From IMG/VR virus record IMGVR_UViG_3300037852_000102, positions 7,546 through 71,545 of that record: a stretch of 64,000 nt of DNA; one strand, written 5' to 3'. The DNA is from a virus. A program made the position numbers and the translations under genes. Positions 47,530-56,791 of this stretch are shown here, piece after piece; position 1 is the first letter of the stretch, and each line of letters starts with the position of its first letter. Below the pieces are notes generated by a model. That model saw only the letters and a program-made list of their open reading frames with translations, made no database searches and had not been told where the DNA came from.

Positions 47530-47771
47530 GGCTGCCTCAATTCTGGGGACACGTTGTCCACCACAAAGTCGATCAGGTGCCCGTGGGAGTAAACCGGGTT
47601 CCCGTTCACGTCCCACTGCCCATCGAACCTGCGGAACTCCTGCACCCGCAGCCGGGCGCGAATCGTGGTCCCGTCCGCGAGCGCGTATTGCGTCCACGGC
47701 TCGATTGCGCCGATGACCCTGACGACCGTGCTGGCGTTCGTGGTGAACGGCTTGGCGGGTTCGATGGGCAT
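47526..47771 (-). CDS. Hypothetical protein
   Basis: EPWTQYALADGTTIR...GNPVY. Confidence 0.6.
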   Translation of the reverse strand: MPIEPAKPFTTNASTVVRVIGAIEPWTQYALADGTTIRARLRVQEFRRFDGQWDVNGNPVYSHGHLIDFVVDNVSPELRQP

Positions 47772-48193
47772 CAGGACAGGTCCGTGGCGGGGCTGGGAGC
47801 GTCGTTGGGAGCCGTTCCGGTTTCGGGTGCCGATGCGGCGGCGGCCTCGGGCTGGGCCACCACGGGCGGCGCTGGGGCCGCTACGTGCACCACCGGCACA
47901 AAGTCGTCGCCCCCGTCCGCGAACTCTACCCGTTTGATCGGGCGGAACCGGCCTGTAGTCGGGTCGATGATCGAAAACGTCGGCAGCCCGTCCACGTCAA
48001 AGTTCCCCGCAGCGAGGTTCAACCGCATCAGCGGCGGAACCCCGGGCCGCATCGCAACATCGCACGCGATGATCCCCGGAACCGCGTTGCCCTTGGCGTC
48101 CAGCACCTTGAGGTCGCCGCCCCAATTCAGAACGCGGATGTGGTCGGCGTGCATAGCTCGGCTGGGCACTTCGCCGTTGTGGCGCGCTTTCAT
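47771..48193 (-). CDS. Hypothetical protein
   Basis: AAGGA SD, high GC3. Confidence 0.6.
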   Translation of the reverse strand: MKARHNGEVPSRAMHADHIRVLNWGGDLKVLDAKGNAVPGIIACDVAMRPGVPPLMRLNLAAGNFDVDGLPTFSIIDPTTGRFRPIKRVEFADGGDDFVPVVHVAAPAPPVVAQPEAAAASAPETGTAPNDAPSPATDLS

Positions 48194-48277
48194 TTTCTCA
48201 GGTTCCTTTTTAGGTTGGCAAACCCAGCGACGTGAATAGGTAGAGCACGACAATCAGGGCCAACGTCAAGGATAGTT

Positions 48278-48556
48278 TCACGACGCCCGAAGGTCTCGCT
48301 CACGAATCATTTTTTCGGTTTCGCGGCGCTGTTCCTGCAATGACAGTTGGAAAAGCACCATCTGGGCGAGGCCAGCGGACGCACGGGACATGGCAAGGAG
48401 TGTGCGGGCCGCGCGTACCGGCTCAGTGATCTCGTCGCAATAGCCCTTTTCGATCCGGTCGGCGATGTCGTGAAGCGCCTGCAACGGATCGTCCAAGGAA
48501 TCCAGTGCCGCCGTCAATTCCGGAATTGTCACGTTTTTGAGTCTCGGCATCATCAT
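48278..48556 (-). CDS. Hypothetical protein
   Basis: CAGGAG SD. Confidence 0.55.
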   Translation of the reverse strand: MMMPRLKNVTIPELTAALDSLDDPLQALHDIADRIEKGYCDEITEPVRAARTLLAMSRASAGLAQMVLFQLSLQEQRRETEKMIRERDLRAS

Positions 48557-48671
48557 CTCCTGTTGGCTGCGTGTGGCAGCGATTAGATACAAATCCCCAG
48601 CATGACCGCGATCAGCGCGAGCCCCGACAGCACGAAAATCGCCTCGTCTCGGGTGATGGTGCGGAGCGCGG

Positions 48672-49007
48672 TCACTGTAGCAACTCCACAAATTCCTCGT
48701 AATATCCGATTACTTCGGCGTAGCCGCTGCCGTGGCCGTGCTCCCATGCAAGGGACCATAGTTTGCCGGCCTTCGGATGGCCTGCAACGTCATTCTCTGC
48801 TTCAAGGTCGGATCGCAGCAAATCGCCCATACGACCTTCGTTTTCTTGATAAAGACGACGCTGCGCCCGCTGTCGCTGCTTTTCAGCTTCCAAGTGATCG
48901 CGCGCCTGCTTGACGCTCATCCGATCTTCATCAACCGGAATCTTTTCGATATCGAATGGAACTGTGTTTGCGTATTTTCCGGCGGCCAGATTATCGCGAA
49001 CACTCAT
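48672..49007 (-). CDS. Conserved-looking phage hypothetical protein
   Basis: HPKAGKLWSLAWEHGHGSG. Confidence 0.65.
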   Translation of the reverse strand: MSVRDNLAAGKYANTVPFDIEKIPVDEDRMSVKQARDHLEAEKQRQRAQRRLYQENEGRMGDLLRSDLEAENDVAGHPKAGKLWSLAWEHGHGSGYAEVIGYYEEFVELLQ

Positions 49008-49276
49008 CAGAACGCGCTCCTTCTTACGCCGTCCTGCTGCTTGCCGTAGGGCGTCACCATCACGCACGGCCCCGAATCGTCCGGCAGCCCGCGATCCCGC
49101 CGCCATGCCCGCCGCTCCGCTTCCGCGCGCTCTGTCAGCCATTGGGTCGCCTCCCGCAGGTACTTCGGCGGGAAGTCCGGCGATCCGTATTCACGGGCCG
49201 CGCGGAGCGGGGCGCGTTCGGCGATGGCGGCGTGGTCAACTTCGCCTGATTCGGTGAGCATGGGCTGGTAGGTCAT
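49007..49276 (-). CDS. Hypothetical protein
   Basis: TGATG coupling. Confidence 0.55.
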   Translation of the reverse strand: MTYQPMLTESGEVDHAAIAERAPLRAAREYGSPDFPPKYLREATQWLTERAEAERRAWRRDRGLPDDSGPCVMVTPYGKQQDGVRRSAF

Positions 49277-49527
49277 CACCGCCGATCCTCTTCAATTGAC
49301 TGGCGAACTGACGCGGACCCATAAATGTTCTCGTCTGTTCGATCATCAAACTGAATGCCCTCAAGCTCTCGGCTTGCCGCCTTTACGGTGTCACAAGCCC
49401 GCGCCAGAGTAGCGCGGATATAGGGAGGGATGCGCTTATCGTCGCATTCGCCTCGCAGAAGTTCGACAACCCGATCCAATCGGGCCATCCTGCGGTCGCG
49501 TTGTGCTTCTGTGATAAATTTTGCCAT
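49276..49527 (-). CDS. Hypothetical protein (first gene of a leftward early unit)
   Basis: CAGCAGCAGGAGA leader. Confidence 0.6.
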   Translation of the reverse strand: MAKFITEAQRDRRMARLDRVVELLRGECDDKRIPPYIRATLARACDTVKAASRELEGIQFDDRTDENIYGSASVRQSIEEDRR

Positions 49528-49532
49528 GGCGG

Positions 49533-49658
49533 TCTCCTGCTGCTGTGCCCATGTTGTCGCATGGGGGAAAACCCGTGTCAAGCACTTTGCGTATTTTCCC
49601 AAATAATTGTTGCAAGCCAGTTTGGGGTGTGCAATAAGGGTCTCACAGCAGCAGGAGA
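49533..49658. promoter_or_regulatory. Divergent early promoters with two operator-like boxes and two CAGCAGCAGGAGA leaders
   Basis: Minus TTGACA 49576-81; boxes 49562-77 and 49588-603; leaders 49533-45 (-) and 49646-58 (+). Confidence 0.7.
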
Positions 49659-49663
49659 GATAC

Positions 49664-49903
49664 ATGCACGGTCGCACATTCAACGTCCTGACCATGGGCC
49701 AGAACGCTACCCTCTGGGGACCGCGTTTGGAATCTTCGCCTCATGCCCGATATTATGGGAAGTGCGGTGTCATCATCGCCAAAGATGGCGAGCCCCGCAG
49801 AGGCCACGGATTCGTCACCCTCCGATTCCCTGATGGGCACATAGCTCGCGTGATGCACCACAACGTCGCCCTCGGCGATAACAGCCGTGCATCGGAGGAT
49901 TGA
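49664..49903 (+). CDS. Hypothetical protein (SH3-like)
   Basis: Leader plus ATG; YYGKCGVII...VTLRFPDG. Confidence 0.55.
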   Translation: MHGRTFNVLTMGQNATLWGPRLESSPHARYYGKCGVIIAKDGEPRRGHGFVTLRFPDGHIARVMHHNVALGDNSRASED

Positions 49904-49906
49904 CCG

Positions 49907-50197
49907 ATGCCTGACCCCTCCACCGTCGAAATTCTCACGCGAGAAGGCCCAACTCTGACCAATGAGAATGGCGCTCTCGATTATCAATACCCGTCCTGCC
50001 GTGGATGCAAGTGGTTGCGCGTTCACGATTGGCATTATTTCTATTGCCGCGATCTAGGCGACAAGAGCAAGCCCGATTACACATCGGTTTATAGCGGCGG
50101 AATGCGGCGAATCTTTACCTATCCGCGTCCGCTTCCTGAATGCCGATTCCAAATTCCAGCAGAGGATGCGCCGCCAGAGAGGGAGTTTCTGCGATGA
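49907..50197 (+). CDS. Cys-containing hypothetical protein
   Basis: GGAGG SD; CRGCKW...ECRF. Confidence 0.55.
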   Translation: MPDPSTVEILTREGPTLTNENGALDYQYPSCRGCKWLRVHDWHYFYCRDLGDKSKPDYTSVYSGGMRRIFTYPRPLPECRFQIPAEDAPPEREFLR

Positions 50198-50637
50198 CCG
50201 ATCAACCGCAAAGCCCGTTCGTTCCCGGCGCTCGGGTCGCGATCTATACGGGCGACCGCCATACTGCTTTTGGCTATCGCGAAGATTACGTTCACAAGGT
50301 AGGCAAGACGGGCAGGTTCACACTGCGAAGCGATACTAAACAGCAATGGAGACCATGCAAACCATATAGCATCCGAGCATTTTGGACTGCCGATCAAACT
50401 GGCGATCACGGTTGGTCTGGCGGCGGTTCGCTCCGAATTTGGGACGAAGCGAACGACGCCGAAATCACGGCCACGATAGCACGGCGCAGGCGATTTGAAA
50501 AATTCGATAAATTGAAAATGGCAATTGGCCGCATTTCATTTTCGGATTTGATCACCGATGAATTGCTGGATCAATTCGAGATTGTCGTGCTGGGCGTCAA
50601 ACCAATTCCGAAGGAAAAGCCGGAGCGCCTGCCATGA
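50194..50637 (+). CDS. Hypothetical protein
   Basis: ATGA coupling; FVPGARVAI. Confidence 0.6.
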   Translation: MTDQPQSPFVPGARVAIYTGDRHTAFGYREDYVHKVGKTGRFTLRSDTKQQWRPCKPYSIRAFWTADQTGDHGWSGGGSLRIWDEANDAEITATIARRRRFEKFDKLKMAIGRISFSDLITDELLDQFEIVVLGVKPIPKEKPERLP

Positions 50638-50766
50638 CCGCCCGCGCCCGCGTCATCGCCGCCGCCATGTCGTGGACATACGACCGCGCCCGCCGTCTCG
50701 GCATGTCCAGCGCAGAGGCCGAAATCGAGGCGTTCGAGGTCGCGGAATTTATCAAGGAGATCACAG

Positions 50767-50976
50767 ATGGCAAAATCAGTTACTAAACGAGAAATTTCAC
50801 TCAAGAATCGCGCCGATCAGCAAATGATTCGCGATATTCAAACGCTCGAATCTTTCGCTCATGCCCGCGGTCTGCATGTCACTGCCCATGCCCTCAATCG
50901 AGCCAAGAATGCATTGGGTTGGGAAGTTGCTGGTGATGTCGAACAAGCCGCAAAGGCATCCTTCGCGCTCGCATGA
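50767..50976 (+). CDS. Hypothetical protein
   Basis: AAGGAG SD. Confidence 0.55.
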   Translation: MAKSVTKREISLKNRADQQMIRDIQTLESFAHARGLHVTAHALNRAKNALGWEVAGDVEQAAKASFALA

Positions 50977-51054
50977 AGCCATCCGCCAAACTCCTGCTGC
51001 ACCGCAACAAGCCGGTGGGCCGGTCGATCTCCGCTGCGGACGTGGCGGCCATGG

Positions 51055-51549
51055 TCAAGTCGGCGAATGCTCGGCAGTCGGCTGCAAATGACCCGAGAGC
51101 GGATGCTTTGCCATCGCCTCGGAAAGGGACCGCGAAACCGAAAGGCGCTCCGTAGGGCCTCCTGAGCGTCTTGAGAGAGCTTTCTGGCGGGGAACGCACG
51201 ACACCGACACCGGAACCCGCTCGCAATCCCGGCTCCCGAACCCCAGCCGCGTCACAACGATGGTTTCCGCCGCGAACCACCACCCGTCCAGCGGTGCTCC
51301 CGGTTCCCGGCCCCGCTTGCGGAACTTCCTGATCTCCCGCTGGCGTTCGATCTCCGCCCGGCGCTCGTCCGATGCTGGCAGGCCCCGACCGTTGCGGTAG
51401 GCCGCGCGCGGATCGTGCATCGCGCGGGCCTCTGCGATCAGCCGGTGAATCCTGCGGATGCCCGGCCCCGTGATCCCGAGTTCCGCGGCGATCTGCTTCA
51501 CGGCCAGACCTTTGGCACGACGTTCCAGAATTGCGTCTGGGAGGTCCAT
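51055..51549 (-). CDS. HTH-containing protein
   Basis: RAKGLAVKQIAAELGIT. Confidence 0.55.
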   Translation of the reverse strand: MDLPDAILERRAKGLAVKQIAAELGITGPGIRRIHRLIAEARAMHDPRAAYRNGRGLPASDERRAEIERQREIRKFRKRGREPGAPLDGWWFAAETIVVTRLGFGSRDCERVPVSVSCVPRQKALSRRSGGPTERLSVSRSLSEAMAKHPLSGHLQPTAEHSPT

Positions 51550-51914
51550 CACTCATCTTCCCGATGGCTTGAAGGGAGAGGGCGGTCAAGATGACGTGGG
51601 CTCTGCACGTACCATTGACGGGTCGCATGAAACCGTTCAACGCTTTCGTCCTCCAGTTCCTTATCGAGCCCGAGCCGAACGGCATCGAGACGAACCTGTA
51701 ATTCGTCGCGCTGGTTTTCGGTTTGGCGCAACGCCATCACAAGAGAGCGCTCGCCGCCCAGCTTGATGCGGCATGCGGGCGTCGCGGCCGGACTAAATCC
51801 GAAATGGTCGCGCGCCTCGCCGGGCGTTCGGAAAACGTCGCCGCAGTGGAAGCATACCCAGCCATGCTTCGGTCTGTTATAGACCCATTCTTCCGGCTCT
51901 GGTTTCATTTGCAC
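51549..51914 (-). CDS. C2H2-like Zn-finger phage protein
   Basis: WVCFHCGDVF...ARDHFG. Confidence 0.65.
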   Translation of the reverse strand: MQMKPEPEEWVYNRPKHGWVCFHCGDVFRTPGEARDHFGFSPAATPACRIKLGGERSLVMALRQTENQRDELQVRLDAVRLGLDKELEDESVERFHATRQWYVQSPRHLDRPLPSSHREDE

Positions 51915-53293
51915 TTCGTTTCCACAGGACTGTCGTTCCCCTCTCCCCGATGGCGCGCTGCGGCGAGGGCGGAACGGGCGCGGCGAACGTCCTTTGGTGT
52001 GATTGCGAGATCGGGAGCGTCGATCATGTCATTGTATGCGCCGGGTGCGGCATCGCGGACCAAGGCGATCTTGGCGAACGGCTCCAGCGTCTTGGCCAAA
52101 TTCTCCGCTTGGTTCATGAACTTTTCCATGTCCAGAAGCGCATTATCCCGCTGAACCTTTATACGAGCCACGTCTTCTAGCGCCTCAATGATCGCCTTGC
52201 GGCCGTCCTCCGTATGGATTGGCAGACGTGATGGACAATCGGCATGATGCCCGCGCTCTTTCGGAAAGTGCTGTCCGCAGTCGGGACATTTCTCGCTCTC
52301 CCCCGCTTGCGGCGATGGGGCAGGGGCGGCGGAGAGTCTCGCCGACACTTCCGGGGCAAAGCATTCACCCATTTCGTTATTACGCTGGAGCCCGGCCAGA
52401 ATGTCAGCATCGTCAAGCGTGTCGCCCCAACTGCCGATCATTGCCAGCAGGCACGGACTCGCACCTTTGAGCACGTTCACCGCTCGATAAAGTTCGCTGG
52501 TGATTTTCAGACCTGTTGCGTCAAGGCAGGTTTTTAGCTTCGAAGAGGGAGGCACGGCAGATCGGTAACAAACCGTTGGACGGTAAGGCCAGCGGCGATT
52601 GCAGGGCACACAATCCCAGCCTAATGAGGATTCGGAGATGACGCATGATTCCAACGCCTCCCGCGCTGCTGATGGGGGAGGGGCGGCGAGCGGTAGCACG
52701 GCATCAGTGCAGCGCGGATGTGTATAGAGCGGGATCAGTGGCGCGTTGTGTGTTTTCGCCCATTCCTTGGCAAGGTCATTGCGCCGCCACCAAATACGAA
52801 CGTTGGCTTCGTCTTTTGACAGAACGATCCACGCGACCGGCTCCAACACCTCCCGCGCACTGCGGGCAGCGAGTAAGGCTTCAACGCGAAGCGCCGTTTC
52901 CTCAACGCATTCGAGCGTGACCTGATAGCCAGTTGCTTTCTCAACATCGGCCTTTAAGCGGTCAAGCCACTGTACGTCGAGACGCCAGCCACCTTGCGTC
53001 TCGTCAACCTTGGTTACTCTTGGCAACGCCTCCCGCACATCCGGGAGGGAGCGGGCCGTCTCAATTTCCTTGGTGCACCCGAGGCCGCATCCGCCTTTAC
53101 AATCAGGGCAGTCTTGGCATTCAGCGCCATAAAAAACGGACGGGCCATAGGCGCGCGCGATATAAGATGCAAGCTCGCTTTTACTAATAAGCGCCATGTC
53201 CGAATATTCTTCTGGCGAAGTCCGATCGTCTTTTTCGATCAGATCATGCCAGCACTTGTCCGCCAGCCTCTCCATCTCCGCACGGCTCGTCAT
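51905..53293 (-). CDS. Mosaic Ea22/ead-like accessory protein
   Basis: EPVAW...PLY, REAL linkers, several CxxC modules, LEPFA. Confidence 0.65.
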   Translation of the reverse strand: MTSRAEMERLADKCWHDLIEKDDRTSPEEYSDMALISKSELASYIARAYGPSVFYGAECQDCPDCKGGCGLGCTKEIETARSLPDVREALPRVTKVDETQGGWRLDVQWLDRLKADVEKATGYQVTLECVEETALRVEALLAARSAREVLEPVAWIVLSKDEANVRIWWRRNDLAKEWAKTHNAPLIPLYTHPRCTDAVLPLAAPPPSAAREALESCVISESSLGWDCVPCNRRWPYRPTVCYRSAVPPSSKLKTCLDATGLKITSELYRAVNVLKGASPCLLAMIGSWGDTLDDADILAGLQRNNEMGECFAPEVSARLSAAPAPSPQAGESEKCPDCGQHFPKERGHHADCPSRLPIHTEDGRKAIIEALEDVARIKVQRDNALLDMEKFMNQAENLAKTLEPFAKIALVRDAAPGAYNDMIDAPDLAITPKDVRRARSALAAARHRGEGNDSPVETKCK

Positions 53294-53456
53294 GGGTTTT
53301 TCCTTTCAGTGCGCCAGCGAGAACCACACAAGGCCCACATGACTTTAAGCCACCACGGCGGGCGATGCTGCCAACAAGCGCCTAATGTGCATGGACAATC
53401 GGGCCAGCCGCATGTTCGCTGCGTCTCCGCACGGCTCGTCTGCATGGTGTGCGTTC

Positions 53457-53636
53457 CTATTTCCGTTCTGGCGCAGAGCGCGGCACAGGCTGGCACATGG
53501 CATTCAGTTTGGTGGGTGCAGATGCGATAAGCGCGTTAGCGCCCTTCTGACACGTCTCCCGATCCATTGGACCCAGCGAGCCACCCGCACCACCAGATAT
53601 CGTGTAGAAAACAATCAATATGTAAAGCTGCGACAT
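53457..53636 (-). CDS. Small Cys-pair exported/membrane protein (59 aa)
   Basis: MSQLYILIVFY...GPMDRETC...AMC; similar to 34774-34986. Confidence 0.55.
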   Translation of the reverse strand: MSQLYILIVFYTISGGAGGSLGPMDRETCQKGANALIASAPTKLNAMCQPVPRSAPERK

Positions 53637-53733
53637 TCGGTCATTCTCCTATGGTTGATGTTCTGCATTGGATGCGTTTATTGAAACTTGGTCGGCAGCA
53701 TCGCGCGCCTCTCCGCACGGTTCGGGGGATTGG

Positions 53734-54057
53734 TCATGGGCGGCGGCCTTCTGCTTTTGCGATTGCGTTACAAAATTCGTCATATAATTTCATGTTTTCG
53801 TCGCTCTCACAGAAGTTTGCGAGGATCGACTTCGTCGCCTTCATCGCTCTAAGCATGTCAGGCGCCGCGGCCATCAATCGTGCATTGGCAAGATGGGTCT
53901 TTTTCAAACGGTCCGAGTTGTCAAAGCCAGACCATTGCACGATGGCGTTGCCATGGTCGCTTTGAATTTCAATGATCCTGTCGCGGGATAACTGCGGACG
54001 TAGCGCTGCGTGGTATACCTTCCACGGTCCCGGCGTGTGCTTGCCTTTGGCGCTCAT
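53734..54057 (-). CDS. HTPGPW/ANARLIAAAP-family phage protein
   Basis: KHTPGPW...ANARLMAAAPDML. Confidence 0.75.
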   Translation of the reverse strand: MSAKGKHTPGPWKVYHAALRPQLSRDRIIEIQSDHGNAIVQWSGFDNSDRLKKTHLANARLMAAAPDMLRAMKATKSILANFCESDENMKLYDEFCNAIAKAEGRRP

Positions 54058-54067
54058 CTTCATCCCT

Positions 54068-54439
54068 CTATCGTTGGGCGGGAGGATCGGGGAGGGGTTG
54101 CCAATGTGTTGGCTTGTCGCCAGTTTCTCCGACCAACCAATCACACCGCCACGCGCCAATTGGTGGGCTCCAATAGCCGGTGACACGATTATTTGCGTCA
54201 GCAAGCCAAATGCGTGTTCCGTTCCGGGGCGCAGTCTCAATCGGCTGCCACGGCATTGTTTGGGCAGGAATGCTCAAACGCCGAGAAATCTCCTTGAGCA
54301 CATCGCCAGGATCGACGATGAGCCCGCTCTTGTCGTGCTGGACACTCAGCTTCGCACCGGGCTGTCCGAGATGCCATGCCATGGTCGCAATGTTTTCCTC
54401 AAGCGCCAGCAGTTCTTCGCGTGTCATGGGCGCGGTCAT
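54068..54439 (-). CDS. DUF551-like protein
   Basis: WQPIETAPRNG...PTHWQPLPDPP. Confidence 0.75.
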   Translation of the reverse strand: MTAPMTREELLALEENIATMAWHLGQPGAKLSVQHDKSGLIVDPGDVLKEISRRLSIPAQTMPWQPIETAPRNGTRIWLADANNRVTGYWSPPIGAWRCDWLVGETGDKPTHWQPLPDPPAQR

Positions 54440-54660
54440 GACAGTGGCCCCTCGTTGAACTCGTGAACGATCCGCTCGGCTTCCTCCCGGATCGTGTGAA
54501 GTGATATGATCGTTGCGCCGACCAACGTGCCTTCGCACTTTGTAGTATCCACGCTAAAAACCGCGAATGGTTCCGGATTTGGAGTGCGCAGTTCGCCTAG
54601 AACGTACCAAACCGTGCGCTTGCCAGATTCCGCATTAACAGGAGATGTATGCGCGGTCAT
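54436..54660 (-). CDS. Hypothetical protein
   Basis: ATGA coupling. Confidence 0.5.
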   Translation of the reverse strand: MTAHTSPVNAESGKRTVWYVLGELRTPNPEPFAVFSVDTTKCEGTLVGATIISLHTIREEAERIVHEFNEGPLS

Positions 54661-54830
54661 GGTTTAGCCTGCTGCATGACTACACGTTCGCATGACGCAA
54701 ACGCCTCTGTCGCTTTTCGCAGTTCCTCGTAGCCGTCTTGCCCGATATGAACACCACTGCGCTCAAGAGCGAGTTGCAGATAATGAGAGAAAATCTCAGC
54801 AGCTTGAGCCATTGAAATGTTGTTGGCCAT
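54657..54830 (-). CDS. Hypothetical protein (57 aa)
   Basis: GAGGA SD; MANNISMAQAAEIF. Confidence 0.5.
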   Translation of the reverse strand: MANNISMAQAAEIFSHYLQLALERSGVHIGQDGYEELRKATEAFASCERVVMQQAKP

Positions 54831-54875
54831 CTTCAATTCCTCACCCCATCAACGTGAATTTCAAACCCGGAACGG

Positions 54876-55101
54876 TCATCGGCAGTACCAGCCCTTAAGC
54901 TTCCGCATTGCTCCCAGCACTTCTCGAATGTCGCGGGCGGCGAGTTTTGTTTCCGCCTGTATCAGAATAATGATGGCGCGCTCATTGAGCGCCGGACTTC
55001 GCGAGTGCATCCATTGCGCTCCCGATCCGGATGATGGCCTCGGCAAGAATTTCCTTACTCTCGGGCTTCTCGGCATTCTTCACAACTTTGATATTTGCCA
55101 T
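54876..55101 (-). pseudogene. Small helical protein with an apparent 1-bp insertion
   Basis: MANIKVVK...ALAKSG continues as LNERAIIILIQ only if one base near 54990 is removed. Confidence 0.55.
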
Positions 55102-55217
55102 TTCAATTTTCCTTCAAATCCATGAGCATCCCCCGCCAGCCTGCGGAATGCAGGGAAGCGAGAACCATGCGAGAGCGTAGAGCGGGGCGCAGAGGCCGGT
55201 GAGCTGGAGGACGCGGG

Positions 55218-55433
55218 TCATGCCGTCACCGCAGGATAGCACGCCGCGCCCGTCTCAGGTGCGTCAGCCTTGCGGTCGAAATACCTGCACCGCGAAATCT
55301 GCGTTGACGCTAATCCCGGCGGGAACGTCGTCAGCGAGCACACGCCGTCGCGAACGTCGGTGATGATCGCGGCATACTCGTCGCCAGCTATGGCGCGGTA
55401 GAGTACGGGCTGGGATTTGTACGGCGCACTCAT
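55218..55433 (-). CDS. Hypothetical protein
   Basis: AAIITDV...LTTFPPG; coupled to the ASCH gene. Confidence 0.6.
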   Translation of the reverse strand: MSAPYKSQPVLYRAIAGDEYAAIITDVRDGVCSLTTFPPGLASTQISRCRYFDRKADAPETGAACYPAVTA

Positions 55434-55789
55434 AGCTTCACAAACTCAATTCGGGTGATGACCTTGTTCGGATAGCAACCGCGATGGCTTGCGCAGAAGT
55501 ATTCCACAAATTGCGTTGGCGTATCATGGGGGAACCCTTCTCTCGCGCATTCGCGTTTCCCGTAGTCAGGTTCCTTCGTCATGCGGTTCAGCGGCTCGCG
55601 TCGCACGTCCGCCACACGAATCATCCCGAGCCGCTTGACCTTCTCGCCTTTCTTGAGACCTTGGCCCTTTTCGACCGCGCACAATTCGTCACCAGCCTTC
55701 AAGTTCTCCCAGCCCATGCGCCGCGTCACATCCTTGGTGCCAGCAAGGAACTGCGGAGTCGTAAGCGAAAATGAAATGTTGCGCGGCAT
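55430..55789 (-). CDS. ASCH-domain protein
   Basis: FLAGTKDVTRR.GW..LKAGD...REGF. Confidence 0.82.
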   Translation of the reverse strand: MPRNISFSLTTPQFLAGTKDVTRRMGWENLKAGDELCAVEKGQGLKKGEKVKRLGMIRVADVRREPLNRMTKEPDYGKRECAREGFPHDTPTQFVEYFCASHRGCYPNKVITRIEFVKL

Positions 55790-55793
55790 ATGG

Positions 55794-55842
55794 TCTCCTG
55801 CTTGCTAGCCGAGACGGTGCCACAACGCGGAAAAACCCGCAA
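55794..55842 (-). promoter_or_regulatory. Promoter/operator plus AGCAAGCAGGAGA leader of the ASCH gene
   Basis: CGCGGAAAAACCCGCA at 55826-41; leader at 55794-806. Confidence 0.6.
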
Positions 55843-55861
55843 GTGTTATTTTGGGGTAGTT

Positions 55862-55908
55862 GGGGCGGGCGCTGGCATCTACAGCAAGCAGAAGATAGCG
55901 CCCGCCCC
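55862..55908 (-). promoter_or_regulatory. 12-bp stem-loop carrying the anti-leader sequence
   Basis: GGGGCGGGCGCT/AGCGCCCGCCCC stem; the minus strand inside reads TCTTCTGCTTGCTGT. Confidence 0.6.
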
Positions 55909-56372
55909 GGCGGAACACCTGAGAGGCGGTCCGATTACGGCATTACGTGACTTTGCGCCGTTTCACAATCTCTGGGACCGGAGCATTTGGGGATAACGGC
56001 TTGCCGCAACCCTGCACGAGCGCAGCCCGCAGGAGGTCGTCCAGATCGCCATCCATCGTCGCGTCGAACGGCTGCACAACTCCGGTGCGCAGGTCTTTCA
56101 CATAGCCGCGATCCTGCACGTAGCTGCGAATCTGGTGCCCAAACCCGATCTGATCTCGGATGGGCGGCACGTATGTTTTATCGATCTGGCGCATAGCTAA
56201 ACCCATCCGGCGACGTGCATGGGCCGCACACAAATTCCTGCGGGCGCTGGCGGAACGTGCGGTGCGGATTGCCGCAGCGGTCGCATAGCTCAATGCGGCC
56301 AGCTACCGCCGGATCGTTGCGACGGCGCGACCGCTCTTTGAGAAAATCGCCAGCGTAATAGGGGTGCATCGC

Positions 56373-56576
56373 TCAATGCCTCCGCACGCCAAGGTGCCCC
56401 GCGAACCGCGCGAAGTCGTCCGGGTGCAGCAGAACCACTTTCCCATCCGCCTCCGGCGCGCTCTGAATCGGCCCGGCGTACACCAGCGCATCGTCCTCAA
56501 TCATCACGCACGAGCCCGCCGCAACTCCGCGGTGAATCGAGGCGTCGAATATCTCGGTGGTGCTCATGGTCGTCAT
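56373..56576 (-). CDS. Hypothetical protein
   Basis: VLLHPDDF; coupled. Confidence 0.55.
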   Translation of the reverse strand: MTTMSTTEIFDASIHRGVAAGSCVMIEDDALVYAGPIQSAPEADGKVVLLHPDDFARFAGHLGVRRH

Positions 56577-56791
56577 CCGGCGGCTTGTTCTTGGCTGGCC
56601 GCGTCCAGTTCGTCATTGCGGCGGCGCGCGTCTTGAATGATTCGCGCCGCCCTGTCACGCGCCGCCTGCGCTTGCACACTTATTTCTTTTAATTCGGCAT
56701 CCTGCTGCCGACGCGATTCGGCCCGCAGTTCGGTGAGTAAATCCGCGAACTTATGCCGCAACCTTTCCTCAATATCGGTCGCGTTGCTCAC
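56573..56791 (-). CDS. Coiled-coil hypothetical protein
   Basis: Coupled ORF. Confidence 0.55.
   Translation of the reverse strand: MSNATDIEERLRHKFADLLTELRAESRRQQDAELKEISVQAQAARDRAARIIQDARRRNDELDAASQEQAAG

Noticed and set aside
54661-54676. GCAGCAGG as another copy of the early leader
   Set aside because: Lies in the coding end of 54657-54830 (MQQAKP) and lacks GAGA and a promoter
55126-55214. Possible further structured intergenic RNA
   Set aside because: Pairing relies on G-rich/G-U stretches in very GC-rich DNA; too weak without computation
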